Below the pieces are notes generated by a model, which worked only from the letters and a program-made list of their open reading frames with translations, made no database searches and was not told the origin of the DNA. The position numbers and the translations under genes are program-made. This document shows, in pieces, positions 19,814-29,442 of a DNA stretch of 64,000 nt (the first letter of the stretch is position 1; each line of letters starts with the position of its first letter). Origin of the DNA: Candidatus Diapherotrites archaeon LH_S9 (GTDB lineage: Archaea > B1Sed10-29 > WALL01 > JAGXON01); assembly GCA_023659865.1 (NCBI GenBank), contig JAGXON010000003.1, positions 11,896 to 75,895 on the forward strand, in the 5' to 3' direction.

Positions 19814-19978
19814 ATGGCAAGAACCAAGAAAACTGAATCTCAGGGACCGATGCAAGCCGCTGGATTAGTCCAGTACTTCGACACATCCGGAGGAGGCATA
19901 GAAGTAACGCCTCAGATGGTTGTAGCGTTCGTTGGACTCTTTGTAGCGGCCGAACTCGCAATCTCTTTCTTGTTGTAG
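19814..19978 (+). CDS. secG: Preprotein translocase subunit Sec61beta (absent from ORF track)
   Basis: 54 aa MARTKKTESQGPMQAAGLVQYFDTSGGGIEVTPQMVVAFVGLFVAAELAISFLL; AGL..YF..I...P plus one TM. Confidence 0.88.
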   Translation: MARTKKTESQGPMQAAGLVQYFDTSGGGIEVTPQMVVAFVGLFVAAELAISFLL

Positions 19979-20006
19979 GAATCGTTAAAAACGAGTTTGT
20001 ATGCTT

Positions 20007-20891
20007 ATGGCAGATGCTGAAAAAGAGGATGAAGGAAACGAGCTAATTGAAGAACTAAACCAAATCATCGAAAAGATGGAGGAGGAGGAGGAAAAGAAAC
20101 CAGTTAAGATAACGGAAGAGCCTGAAGAAGTAGAAAAAGAAGAAGAAAGCCCTAGAGAGAAGTACGACGAGGCCTCTAGAAGCGTTCGGACCCTTAAAGA
20201 TTGTTTTGAAAGACTTGAAGAAAAGGGCGTGCCGCTCGAAGGAAGGAATCTAGAAGAGAAATTAGATGACTTGGAAGAGAAACATCAGCAAGTCAAGAAA
20301 GTAAAAAAATTATCGGAAAGAATCAACGAAATCTTCAGCAGAGGCCATCCTGAAGGCAGATCCATAAAAGAACTTACTGGTCAGGAAGTTTACGAGCTCC
20401 CAACTATAAGAGGACTTGTGAAAGGTACTGACTTTAGTTTCAGTTCTGAAGAAGACAAAGAGACTTTCAGAAAAGTTTACAAGCAATTTTATGAGGCAAG
20501 AAAGGATCTAGAGGGCGATGTAGAGGACTGGGTGGATAACGAAGATATCATCAGAGATTTGAAGGAAGAAGGAGAGTTTTTAAGAGGAATAGAAGAAATA
20601 GATTTAAGCAGCTCTGACGTAGGCAGCCTGGACAGAGGACTGGAGAAAATAGAAAGCCAGATAAACGAGAAAAGAGACACGGAAGAAGAGCTTTAGGGAC
20701 GGATAGATGGTTTAAGAAAAAGTTTTGGGGAAGAGAAAGATGAGGAGTACAGAAACTGGATTAAAATGAAGCACAAGTACTTAAAGAAGGTGGAAAATGG
20801 GTTGGAGGGCAAGGACGAGGACAAAAGAAGAGAGATACAGGAAGAGAAAGAAGACTTTGAAGAAACTCACGAAGAAACTGCTTCAATCTAA
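20007..20891 (+). pseudogene. Acidic coiled-coil orphan interrupted by an in-frame TAG at 20694-20696
   Basis: The frame stays open for 64 more sense codons of the same composition (GRIDGLRKSF..HEETASI) to TAA at 20889-20891, which abuts the convergent gene. Confidence 0.65.
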
Positions 20892-21361
20892 ATCGAGCTT
20901 GGAACAGCCGAACCAATAACATAAGTTACTCCAATAACTGCTGTAGTTATCGCTAAATGCTCTAAAATAACTTTATAAGTTCCCATTTTTTCTCGGACAC
21001 CTATAAAGTAACTTAAAATAATTATCAGCATGAAACCCCAAATTAAATTTATCAGGATAGCGCTATTAAGGTCGATCATAAAAATCGGGATCAAGAAACT
21101 GAAACCTACTCCTATCTTGGCTGCGAAAGTGGCTGCAGTCGATTCCCAAATTTGTTTCTGAGTGTTCTCTAACCCGGCTTCTTCAGAGATATGCATCGCA
21201 ACCGAGTCAGATAACGCGTCTGAAAAAGCTATCAACAGTATTCCAACGCCTACAACCATTTTTGAGTGAGTGCTTGCTTCCAGACCAATTATCATTCCTA
21301 AAGTGGTTATAACTGCAGTCGTTATCCCGAAGCTTACGCCTTTTACAAAACTTTTCCTCAT
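20888..21361 (-). CDS. VIT1/CCC1-like membrane transporter
   Basis: GVSFGITTAVITTLG, SDALSDSVAMHISEE and multiple TMs. Confidence 0.75.
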   Translation of the reverse strand: MRKSFVKGVSFGITTAVITTLGMIIGLEASTHSKMVVGVGILLIAFSDALSDSVAMHISEEAGLENTQKQIWESTAATFAAKIGVGFSFLIPIFMIDLNSAILINLIWGFMLIIILSYFIGVREKMGTYKVILEHLAITTAVIGVTYVIGSAVPSSI

Positions 21362-22272
21362 TTTTTTCCTCTTATCATGTTCTTCAAGTCGTTCACGGTC
21401 AAGTTCTTCTCTCTTTCTTTTTCTTTAACCACGTAGTACTTTCCGAATTCCTCTATCACTTTATGGTACTCTTTTGGTTCTTTTTCGAGCTCTAGTTCGC
21501 CCCTGCTTATTTTTTCAAGTATTTCTCCTTCTTCGTTAAGTTTTTTCTCCAGCTTTTTAATCTCTTTTTCTCTTAGTTTAACTCTTTTCTTCAGCCTTTT
21601 TATCTCTTTCTTCTTTTTCTTAACTACCTTGCTCTTGGTTTTCTGCTCAGGCTCTTTTTCCTCTAGCTCTCTGTTCTTCTTCTTCAGCTTATCAACGTAA
21701 TGCTCTAAATCGCTTACCTTCTTCTCCAGCCTTTTTTTCTCTTCTCTAAGTCTTTTCTCTATCTCGCTTGGCTTCCTAACAGGTTTTTGTTCCTCTTTCT
21801 TCTTTTCTTCTTTTCTTTTTGGCTTGGAAGCTTCTTCAATAGCTTCACTGAGTTTCACGTCCTTGAACGCTGAGCTCCAGACCTTTTCCTTGTTTTTCTC
21901 AAAGAGTTTTTTTGCTTTCCTCAGCTTTGATTCGAATGCATTGAAGCCGTTCACGGCCGCTGCCAGTGCGTCTCTCTCGTGATCGTTCTCGAAACTGTGT
22001 TCTTCGGCTAGCTTCTTTTTTTTCTTGGTGCTCAGGTCTTCTTCTGGAACAAAAACTTCAGCGTTAAAACTGCTACCGATTTTTTTCACGGTTTCTGGAC
22101 AAGGAGACACATCACAGCAAACTAGGACTGGCGAACCTTCTTCAGTTATCCAGTGCACCATGTCTCTAGGGCCAGATCCTCTTTTGCTCCTGCAGAAAGC
22201 TAGTTCCTTCTTCAGATTTAGGGCGCAGACTGCGCTCGTGGTTCCAGGATCGATTCCAATAACTAGCTTCAG
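21358..22272 (-). CDS. DUF460-family protein (RNase H-like N-terminus plus coiled coil), apparent CTG start
   Basis: Frame extends 37 codons upstream of the track start: (L)KLVIGIDPGTTSAVCALN; NDHERDALAAA motif; AGGAGG SD precedes TAA-CTG. Confidence 0.85.
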   Translation of the reverse strand: MKLVIGIDPGTTSAVCALNLKKELAFCRSKRGSGPRDMVHWITEEGSPVLVCCDVSPCPETVKKIGSSFNAEVFVPEEDLSTKKKKKLAEEHSFENDHERDALAAAVNGFNAFESKLRKAKKLFEKNKEKVWSSAFKDVKLSEAIEEASKPKRKEEKKKEEQKPVRKPSEIEKRLREEKKRLEKKVSDLEHYVDKLKKKNRELEEKEPEQKTKSKVVKKKKKEIKRLKKRVKLREKEIKKLEKKLNEEGEILEKISRGELELEKEPKEYHKVIEEFGKYYVVKEKEREKNLTVNDLKNMIRGKK

Positions 22273-22283
22273 TTAAACGCCTC

Positions 22284-23282
22284 CTAAACTCCTTTCCTGT
22301 ATTTTTTAGTGCTTTTCTTGCCTTTGGTTTCCAGCAAGCCTAGATCAGCTAAATGACTTAGGTAATTCCTGAAACTGCGTTCACCAATAGCATTCTCTTG
22401 CTTTTCTCTGTACTTATCGTACATTTCAGGTCCTTTCATCCATTTATCGTTTATCATCTCGTAAATAGTTTTCTCATGATCGTTCAACTGCTTCAAGGCC
22501 TCGCTCTTGCGCAGGTACTTCATTTTCTTGAATTCTTGCTTGACGATATCTTCAGTTACTTTTTCTTTTTCTCTTTGCTCGGATTCCATGCCAGATCTGC
22601 GTAAAGCTTCAATAGCTATCCTAGCGTCTCCTTTACTCAACCGACTTATCAACCGTAAAGCTGGATTGGGCGCGGTCCCGCTCACAAAAGCGTATTTTGT
22701 TCTTTCCTTGATTATATCAAAGATCTCGTCTTTGGAGTACGCCGGGAGATTGATTTCTTCTGGACTCAGCGAGCTTTTCGTCCGCGAGTCCAGACCAGCT
22801 AACGCAAATTTCTTGTTCGAGATCACGACTATACCGGTGTCGGCGCGGCTCAAGCTGTAAAGTAGCTTCTTGTTTTCTAGCGTGTCCACTTCATCCAGGG
22901 CCACGACCACGTTTCTTTCCTCTGCTTCTTCTTCAAAGTAGTTAAGAGCTTTTGAAGTAGAGGTTCCGGAGCCGAGATAGACGTCCAGCCCTTTCAACAG
23001 CGTTGCGAGTGTTGAGTGCATCGTGCTTTCTTTCCAGCAGTTAACAAAAGAAGTTTTCACGTCCGGAGACTGTTCTTCCAGTTTTTCTAGCGTCCATTTC
23101 ACGAGCATGGTTTTTCCTGTACCGCAAGGCCCGTGCAAGAAAACGTTTCTTGGTTTCCGGCCGTCTAGAGCTGGTTTTAGGCAGTTACCGAGTTCTTGTT
23201 TCTGTCCTTCTCTGTGCAAGATTTTTTCGGGAACGAACGCTTGCCTTAAAGGTCTTTCGTTTTTGATCATGAAAAGCCTCAC
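22284..23282 (-). CDS. cdc6: Orc1/Cdc6 replication initiator family protein
   Basis: ILHREGQ, GPCGTGKT, VNCW, LDEVD, GDARIAI and C-terminal wHTH. Confidence 0.93.
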   Translation of the reverse strand: MRLFMIKNERPLRQAFVPEKILHREGQKQELGNCLKPALDGRKPRNVFLHGPCGTGKTMLVKWTLEKLEEQSPDVKTSFVNCWKESTMHSTLATLLKGLDVYLGSGTSTSKALNYFEEEAEERNVVVALDEVDTLENKKLLYSLSRADTGIVVISNKKFALAGLDSRTKSSLSPEEINLPAYSKDEIFDIIKERTKYAFVSGTAPNPALRLISRLSKGDARIAIEALRRSGMESEQREKEKVTEDIVKQEFKKMKYLRKSEALKQLNDHEKTIYEMINDKWMKGPEMYDKYREKQENAIGERSFRNYLSHLADLGLLETKGKKSTKKYRKGV

Positions 23283-23312
23283 CTATTTATAGGTTTTTTT
23301 ACTTATTTTAGG

Positions 23313-25682
23313 ATGATGTTTTCGCCTGAAGTTGATGACGAATTAAGTGTATTAAAAGATTCTGACAGTATTTTCATCGGCAGAGACAAGTCCACGCTAG
23401 ACAAGTACGGTAGAGACGGAGCTTTGCTGACAGGAAAAGTCATCGAAAAAGATGATTTCGGCAAACTAGTTTACCTGGACGCCTTGTCACCGCACGTCAT
23501 ATTCATATCCGGAGCCAGAGGCTCAGGAAAATCTTATTCACTGAGCGTTATAGCGGAAGAACTCTCAAGCAAGAACCCGAACGCTGCCTCGGTTATCGTG
23601 GATCCAGTAGGTATTTTCTGGAGCATGAAATACCCGAACCAGGATGAAGGAGAAGTAGAAGCCCTTGCTGAAATGGGCTTGGATCCGAGAGGAGTAGACG
23701 ACGTCAGAGTATTTGTTCCGGAAGGAGTCAGCAACAAGATAGCTGAAGACACTTACGACCTCGACTACGCGCTCAAGCCATCAGATCTAACGGCTGAAGA
23801 CTGGACGCTCACTTTCGGTATGGATCGGTTCTCTCCGAAAGGCATGGTCATAGAAAAAGCTATTGAACTCGTTGAAAACGGTTACGAGACCGAAGACAAT
23901 GAAAAAATTAAGGAAAAAGGAGATTCTTACAGTGTGCAGGATTTGATTGACTGCATAAACAGCGCTAAAAAAATAAAGAGCTCGGGCAAAGGATTCAGCA
24001 GCGCTTCAAGAAGAGCAATCGTTTCCAGACTCGAGTCAGCCAAAAGCTGGGGAGTACTATCCAAATCAGGAGTAAGTCTCACAGAACTGTGTAAAGAAGG
24101 AGCAATTTCAGTTATCGATGTTTCTTTCCTCGAAGAAGACGTCATGAGCCTGGTCATTGGTATCCTGGCGAGGAAGATACTTAACGCCAGAAAGATCAGT
24201 GCTAGACGCACCTCGATGAAGAAGTTCGCTCTGGACTCGGACGTTCTTGAGACAGATATCCCGCCAACCTGGCTTTTCATTGACGAAGCACACACTTTAG
24301 TTCCTTCAGGCTCAGGTAAGACTCCGGCATCGGAACCTTTGATCGAGTACGTTAAGCAAGGAAGAAGACCTGGATGTTCACTCGTGCTCGCAACACAGCA
24401 GCCTTCAGCTATCGACACGAAAGTGCTTTCGCAGCTGGATGTGCTGATGTGCCATAAACTCGTGTTCGACCGTGATCTGAAAGAGGTTATGAAGAGAATG
24501 CCTACATCGATACCAAAAGAATACAAGAAATCCGGTCTCATGAAAAAGCTTCCGATTGGTTGCTGCATAGTTGGAGACAGAAGCGATGCGTCATCCAGAG
24601 CTTTTGCCATGAAGGTTAGGCCCAGGTTCTCTCAGCACGAGGGAAGGGAAATAAAGTCCATTGGGATGGAAGGGGAGATGAGTGAAGAGGAACTCACGAA
24701 CGCTTTGACGAAGTTAGTGCTTTCCAGGATCGAGAACAAGGGCAGGATTCATGAAGATGCTTTAGATGATTTGGTGGACACGATCGAGAGACGTTACGAC
24801 ACCGAGATCGATCGAGATAACTTGCTCGGTAAACTTAAGAGTAAGGGAGTGCTCAGGAAGGAGGATCATTTGGTTGCTGAAGGAGCTGAAGGATTGGAAG
24901 AAGAAAAAGAGAAGTCGAAGGAAGAAAGCGCTTCTGCAGAGCCGGAAGGAAACGTAACAGTGTTCAAACCTAAGATGTCGGAGAAAAAAGCCAAGGAAAT
25001 CGCTAAGAAGACGAAGAAATCAAAGTTCCTTGGTGTCTTCGGCAAAGAAGAGTTTTTAAGAGCGCTCAAGCTCAAGTACAAACCAGTCTACAAGGTTGAT
25101 TACGATTACTACAAGAAAAAAGGTCAAGGATTCAGAAAAAGCGTTTGCTTTGTTGATGCTACGGAGGCAGAGATCCTAGCCGTTGGCAAAAACGGTTTAG
25201 TGAAGAGCAAAGGAGTTTCTGAACTTCTAGAGATGAGCAAAAGCAAGAGAAAGATACTTATTGCTCTGAAGAAAGGAAAAAGCGCTAGCGCTAAGACCTT
25301 GGCCAAGATAGCTGACGTCAGCGAGGGAACCGCTAGAAAAAGTGCTAACGAGCTTGTTGAAGAAGGGTTCTTGAACGCTAGCGAGAACAAGGTAAAGGCT
25401 TATTCGCTTGCAAAGGATTTGGACTTGCCTGAAGATATAACGCGATCCGAGTACACTTCTCTGGAGTCAAGGTTTGTGATGGATGAGAAGGCGGAAGTGA
25501 AAACGGTTGAGCCCGTGATCGAGAAGGATTCTGCCGAAGATTTCCCGTCTGCTTTCGGGGAAATTGGTCACGAGAGCACTGAAGTAATTTACTTACCGGT
25601 TTATGAAGCTACTTTGTTGAGCGAGGACGGAGAAAGAAAGATCTTGATCAATGCTTTGAATGGAGAAGTTACTGGAAAGTAA
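23313..25682 (+). CDS. HerA/FtsK-superfamily (DUF87) ATPase with long C-terminal extension including a wHTH
   Basis: GARGSGKS, VDPVG, LFIDEAH, QGRRPG, LATQQPS and RPRFSQHEG; HTH KTLAKIADVSEGTARKSANELVEEG. Confidence 0.85.
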   Translation: MMFSPEVDDELSVLKDSDSIFIGRDKSTLDKYGRDGALLTGKVIEKDDFGKLVYLDALSPHVIFISGARGSGKSYSLSVIAEELSSKNPNAASVIVDPVGIFWSMKYPNQDEGEVEALAEMGLDPRGVDDVRVFVPEGVSNKIAEDTYDLDYALKPSDLTAEDWTLTFGMDRFSPKGMVIEKAIELVENGYETEDNEKIKEKGDSYSVQDLIDCINSAKKIKSSGKGFSSASRRAIVSRLESAKSWGVLSKSGVSLTELCKEGAISVIDVSFLEEDVMSLVIGILARKILNARKISARRTSMKKFALDSDVLETDIPPTWLFIDEAHTLVPSGSGKTPASEPLIEYVKQGRRPGCSLVLATQQPSAIDTKVLSQLDVLMCHKLVFDRDLKEVMKRMPTSIPKEYKKSGLMKKLPIGCCIVGDRSDASSRAFAMKVRPRFSQHEGREIKSIGMEGEMSEEELTNALTKLVLSRIENKGRIHEDALDDLVDTIERRYDTEIDRDNLLGKLKSKGVLRKEDHLVAEGAEGLEEEKEKSKEESASAEPEGNVTVFKPKMSEKKAKEIAKKTKKSKFLGVFGKEEFLRALKLKYKPVYKVDYDYYKKKGQGFRKSVCFVDATEAEILAVGKNGLVKSKGVSELLEMSKSKRKILIALKKGKSASAKTLAKIADVSEGTARKSANELVEEGFLNASENKVKAYSLAKDLDLPEDITRSEYTSLESRFVMDEKAEVKTVEPVIEKDSAEDFPSAFGEIGHESTEVIYLPVYEATLLSEDGERKILINALNGEVTGK

Positions 25683-25683
25683 A

Positions 25684-26886
25684 CTAAATTTCTTTGTTTT
25701 CCTCTGATTTTTGTTTTCTTCTATAGATTCGTATAGGGTTCGTGCCTGCCACGACTTCCTTCTTTTTATTCAGCCAGTCCTCGTTATCAAGATTAGTGTG
25801 CCAAGTCACTACCTTGAAATCGTGGTCCACCTCCTTCAGCTTTTCCTTTATCTTTTTCTCTGTTTTCTCGTTGAAAGGGTTAAACAAGAAGAAAACGGTT
25901 CCGTCAGAAAAATCGTGGTCCAGGACATTACCTTGTCTGAATTCAACGTTGTCAAGTTTTAAGTCTTCTTTTATCTTCTTGCAGTTTTCAACTCTTTCAG
26001 GAACAATTTCTATACCTACTGCTTTTTTCACGTCTGTGGTAAGAGCAGAGTAGAACACGGGCCGGCCGTAACCGGAGCCTAGGTCGTAGAACACATCGTT
26101 TTCGTTCAAGTTAAGTTCTTCAAGGAAGTTCTGAATGTGTGTGTATGGCGTCATGTTGGAGTCTTTTCCTCTCCAGCTCGAGAGATTTGTTTTTTCCTCA
26201 AGTTCTTTTTCTGTTGTGTCTCTTTCACTGAATTTTTTTTCTGTTCCGGAGTAATCTATTCCGAGTACGAGATCGATCAAGTGAGAGTACTTAAGCCGGT
26301 CCGGCTCGTTTTCTGCCAGTTTCTTCATCAAGTTCTTTATGTCTTTTTCTTTTTTTCCTTTTTCCCTGATTCTTTTGTCGTACTCGTGACGTATTTGCTC
26401 AAGTTCTTTGTACTTACTAGCGTGAGCGAAATCCATAGCCTTCTGAACTGCTTCGTTGTCCGAGCCCCTCCATTCTTTTATCCAGTCTTTTAATCTGGGT
26501 TTGTACCCCCAGAAAGAGTCTCGAAAGTCTTCAGGAATCGCCTCGTGTTTTTCAACAGCTAGAGTTGTTTTGTCGACTTTTTTCTCTATGTTCTTGAGCG
26601 CTTCCGAGATGTCCGTTATTTTTTTATACAGTTCAGGAATGCTCATGTCCTTATCTTCTATTGGATAAACTTCTTCGATTTTTTCGTCGAGTTCGATTAT
26701 TTCTCTGACATCTTCCAAGTCCTTGAGAGAAGGCCTGCTTGCTGATCGTCTTTTAACCATTCTTTCGAGAATAGTTCCTTCCCACAGTTCCTTGTCTGCG
26801 TTTCTTCCTTGATCTTTTATTTTCTTCAGATCTTCTTTGTCAGGAAGTTTGAGAGGAAGTTCTTCCGTTTCTTCTGGGGGACTCAT
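25684..26886 (-). CDS. Orphan with C-terminal DOT1-like SAM-dependent methyltransferase domain
   Basis: VFYDLGSGYGR, AVGIEIVPER, FRQGNVLDHDFSDGTVFFLFNPF; charged 220-aa N-terminus. Confidence 0.75.
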   Translation of the reverse strand: MSPPEETEELPLKLPDKEDLKKIKDQGRNADKELWEGTILERMVKRRSASRPSLKDLEDVREIIELDEKIEEVYPIEDKDMSIPELYKKITDISEALKNIEKKVDKTTLAVEKHEAIPEDFRDSFWGYKPRLKDWIKEWRGSDNEAVQKAMDFAHASKYKELEQIRHEYDKRIREKGKKEKDIKNLMKKLAENEPDRLKYSHLIDLVLGIDYSGTEKKFSERDTTEKELEEKTNLSSWRGKDSNMTPYTHIQNFLEELNLNENDVFYDLGSGYGRPVFYSALTTDVKKAVGIEIVPERVENCKKIKEDLKLDNVEFRQGNVLDHDFSDGTVFFLFNPFNEKTEKKIKEKLKEVDHDFKVVTWHTNLDNEDWLNKKKEVVAGTNPIRIYRRKQKSEENKEI

Positions 26887-26974
26887 GCAGTTGTTTAGTC
26901 TGTCTCCATGTATTTAAATTTTTAGAAATAGTTCGTTAACTAGATTGGAGCAAATTCCAGGTGCTTTACTGGTT

Positions 26975-27325
26975 CTAATGATCATCAACTTTCCAGAAAG
27001 ATATCCATTCTCCTTCTCGTTCTTTGTCTGGCGGTATCTCCTTGGTCTTAACTTTTGAAGGACTCTTATCTGAACCATTGTTCTCTGAATTTTTGTTGCT
27101 CTGGGTTTTTTCCTTCAGCTGATCGTAGTCCTTCACTTCAGCTTTTATGTCTCGGTCGGCGCACTCTATCTTTATTGTTCCGTCTCCAAGATCTTTTATG
27201 GCAATTTCGTCTTTAAGTGTTTTTTTCACTAACTGAACGTCTTTGGTCGTTGTGACCCCAAACCGCTCCATGCTCGTTATCTTAGCGGATGCAATCATCC
27301 TCTGTTCGAATCTTCCAAGTCCCAT
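26975..27325 (-). CDS. Hypothetical protein
   Basis: 116-aa ORF with plausible composition; no family recognised. Confidence 0.45.
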   Translation of the reverse strand: MGLGRFEQRMIASAKITSMERFGVTTTKDVQLVKKTLKDEIAIKDLGDGTIKIECADRDIKAEVKDYDQLKEKTQSNKNSENNGSDKSPSKVKTKEIPPDKEREGEWISFWKVDDH

Positions 27326-27718
27326 TGATTTTTACTTAAACGTAAGTCTTTTAAAAATGTTTAGGTGAAGGTCGGCGGCTTCGATTCCGGAAAATTGTTC
27401 AGTTGAAGGGTTCTCGGTTTGTCGAACTTCTTGGTTTCCAGGAGAAACGTCTTCGGTTCCAACCGCTTGCAGAAACTTTATTAATGTCAAAACACTCAAT
27501 AGGCTTGGACTCGACAATGAAAGCCATAAATTTATGTGAGCCTAGAAAAGTTATCGCTGAACACAAGAACATTCAAGACACGGTTTCTTCTATCGAAAAA
27601 CTTAGGAGCACAGGGTTCTTCGAAAAAGAAGCTGTTACTGAAACAAGGCGCAGTCCAGTGAAACCTTGAGAACCTTTTTCTAACACATTTTTATTGTTTG
27701 ATTCCAACAAAAATACTG

Positions 27719-28726
27719 ATGTTTGGAAAAATAAAGAGTTTTTTCAGCAAACTTGCAGACAGGCACAAAGAAGCTAAAAAGATAGCTGAAGAACAAGGCC
27801 TGAAATTTGGTTGGGTGCCCGTAACCGCAGAAGAAGTCAGAGAAGGCGAGACAGGGAAAGGAATCTTAGGCCTAACGACCAAGGCCAGGAAAAAACTCAC
27901 TAAAAAAACACCTATAGATCTAGATGAAATAGATACTGATACTGAAAGAGAGACTACACACCACGGATCTTTCGCAAGAGTCAGCAAGAACGGGAAAGAC
28001 TATCTCGTGAAAGTCTTGAACACGGGAGAAAGAGCTTCCAACAGAATAACCGCCAGGAAGTTAGCGAGAGATATCCAGGAACACGTGAATAATCTGAAGG
28101 AAACTGAGATGAACATCCCTGACATCCATAGGATTTTAGCTAAAAAGAAAGGCAGAGGACGTTTTGATGTGGTTTCAGTAAATGACCTCGTTGGGGAAGC
28201 AAAAAACGGAGAGTACTTCCTCACCAAATCAGATGAAGACGAAGCAGTCAATAACTTCAAAGGAATGCTCGAACAAGTTTACAAAAGCTTCAAACATCCA
28301 AAAGAAAAAGAAACAGAAGAATTTAAGTCTTTCAACGGAATAGACGCTCATCCAGGGAACTTCGTCAAAGACGAGGAAACCAACAAATTCTTTTATGTGA
28401 ATTTCTTTCCTCCTCGTGTCAGAGACAGGAAGGGACGAAACAAGTGGAAGAGACTGTTAGAAAAGGAAGAACCGGAAATACTTTCAGACGGAAGATTCGA
28501 CAAAAGAAGAGTACTACAGTACCTCGTTCTGCATTCATCAAAATGCAGGCCAGAGCTTGAACAAGAATTCTTGGACGAGGCAAAGGGCTTCTTAAAAGAA
28601 AGAGGAGAAGAAAAACTGGCAGAAGAGGTGGAAGGCAGTTACACTGACTTTAAAGAAAAGTACAAGTCATTTAAAGGAGTAGAGAAGTTAGAGGAGTTAA
28701 AGGAGTTAGAGGAATCATGGAGATAG
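27719..28726 (+). CDS. Protein-kinase-like-fold orphan (possible pseudokinase)
   Basis: HGSFARV G-loop, YLVKV, GIDAHPGNF catalytic loop, FFYVNFFPP at the DFG position. Confidence 0.65.
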   Translation: MFGKIKSFFSKLADRHKEAKKIAEEQGLKFGWVPVTAEEVREGETGKGILGLTTKARKKLTKKTPIDLDEIDTDTERETTHHGSFARVSKNGKDYLVKVLNTGERASNRITARKLARDIQEHVNNLKETEMNIPDIHRILAKKKGRGRFDVVSVNDLVGEAKNGEYFLTKSDEDEAVNNFKGMLEQVYKSFKHPKEKETEEFKSFNGIDAHPGNFVKDEETNKFFYVNFFPPRVRDRKGRNKWKRLLEKEEPEILSDGRFDKRRVLQYLVLHSSKCRPELEQEFLDEAKGFLKERGEEKLAEEVEGSYTDFKEKYKSFKGVEKLEELKELEESWR

Positions 28727-29427
28727 GAATTAGTTCAAGATGTCTTCCAGCAAAAAATTTGAACACTGAAGACTTAACTGAATTTGGAATAGACGCGGTA
28801 GAGGTGAATACGGGATCCACTCCACTAAGAATCAAGCCAAAGTACTGGAAAATCCTGCAACAGATTTCTGACGATTACGTTTTTTCTATACACCCTCACC
28901 TATTTCCTTTTTCTCAAATGAGCGGTTTCCTGCAGGAACACGCACAGGAAATCATTTCTTTCTCGGCAGAGTGCCTCTCCCGCCTGGACGGAGACTACCT
29001 TGTAGTCCATGTCAAAGGACATGAAGGTGCTGAAAGACTTGAAAAATTTCTTGAAAAAGCTCCAGGCAACATACAAGTGGTTCTGGAGAACAACAACAAA
29101 AACTATCCAGCCACATTCAAACAAACAGCTGAACTCGCAAGAAAACTTGGCGTTAAAATGAATCTTGACTTAGGTCACCTCAACATCGTTTCAGACAACC
29201 CGTTAAAAGAAATAGATGAGTACGGAGCAACAGACATCGTTGAATACATGCACCTGCATACCAACAACGGAAGAAAAGACCAGCATCTAGCGCTAGGAGA
29301 AGCAAAACCTTCTTTAGAAGAAATCGCTCAAGCAATAGATGTTTGCGAACCAGAAGTCTGTGTGATAGAGAACAGAGAAAGAAAAGAAGCGGAAAAGAGC
29401 TTGAAGCTATTAAAACAAATCCTTTGA
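28717..29427 (+). CDS. Sugar phosphate isomerase/epimerase (AP endonuclease 2 TIM barrel)
   Basis: LENN, NLDLGHLN, HLHTNNGRKDQHLALGE and VIE. Confidence 0.85.
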   Translation: MEIGISSRCLPAKNLNTEDLTEFGIDAVEVNTGSTPLRIKPKYWKILQQISDDYVFSIHPHLFPFSQMSGFLQEHAQEIISFSAECLSRLDGDYLVVHVKGHEGAERLEKFLEKAPGNIQVVLENNNKNYPATFKQTAELARKLGVKMNLDLGHLNIVSDNPLKEIDEYGATDIVEYMHLHTNNGRKDQHLALGEAKPSLEEIAQAIDVCEPEVCVIENRERKEAEKSLKLLKQIL

Positions 29428-29442
29428 ACTTTTTCTAGAAAG

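Noticed and set aside
5213-20696. Amber recoding (pyrrolysine or TAG read-through) suggested by two in-frame TAGs in orphans
   Set aside because: Core genes (ftsZ, gpmI, lig, secG, ileS) terminate at TAG and no pyl genes or suppressor tRNA are seen; nonsense mutation is the simpler explanation
23283-23312. Replication origin next to cdc6
   Set aside because: The intergenic gap is only about 30 nt, and no ORB-like repeats or extended AT-rich unwinding element are visible on either side
27326-27700. Short overlapping ORFs (27332..27517 -, 27403..27669 +)
   Set aside because: No recognisable motifs; probably a decayed gene, but it cannot be assigned
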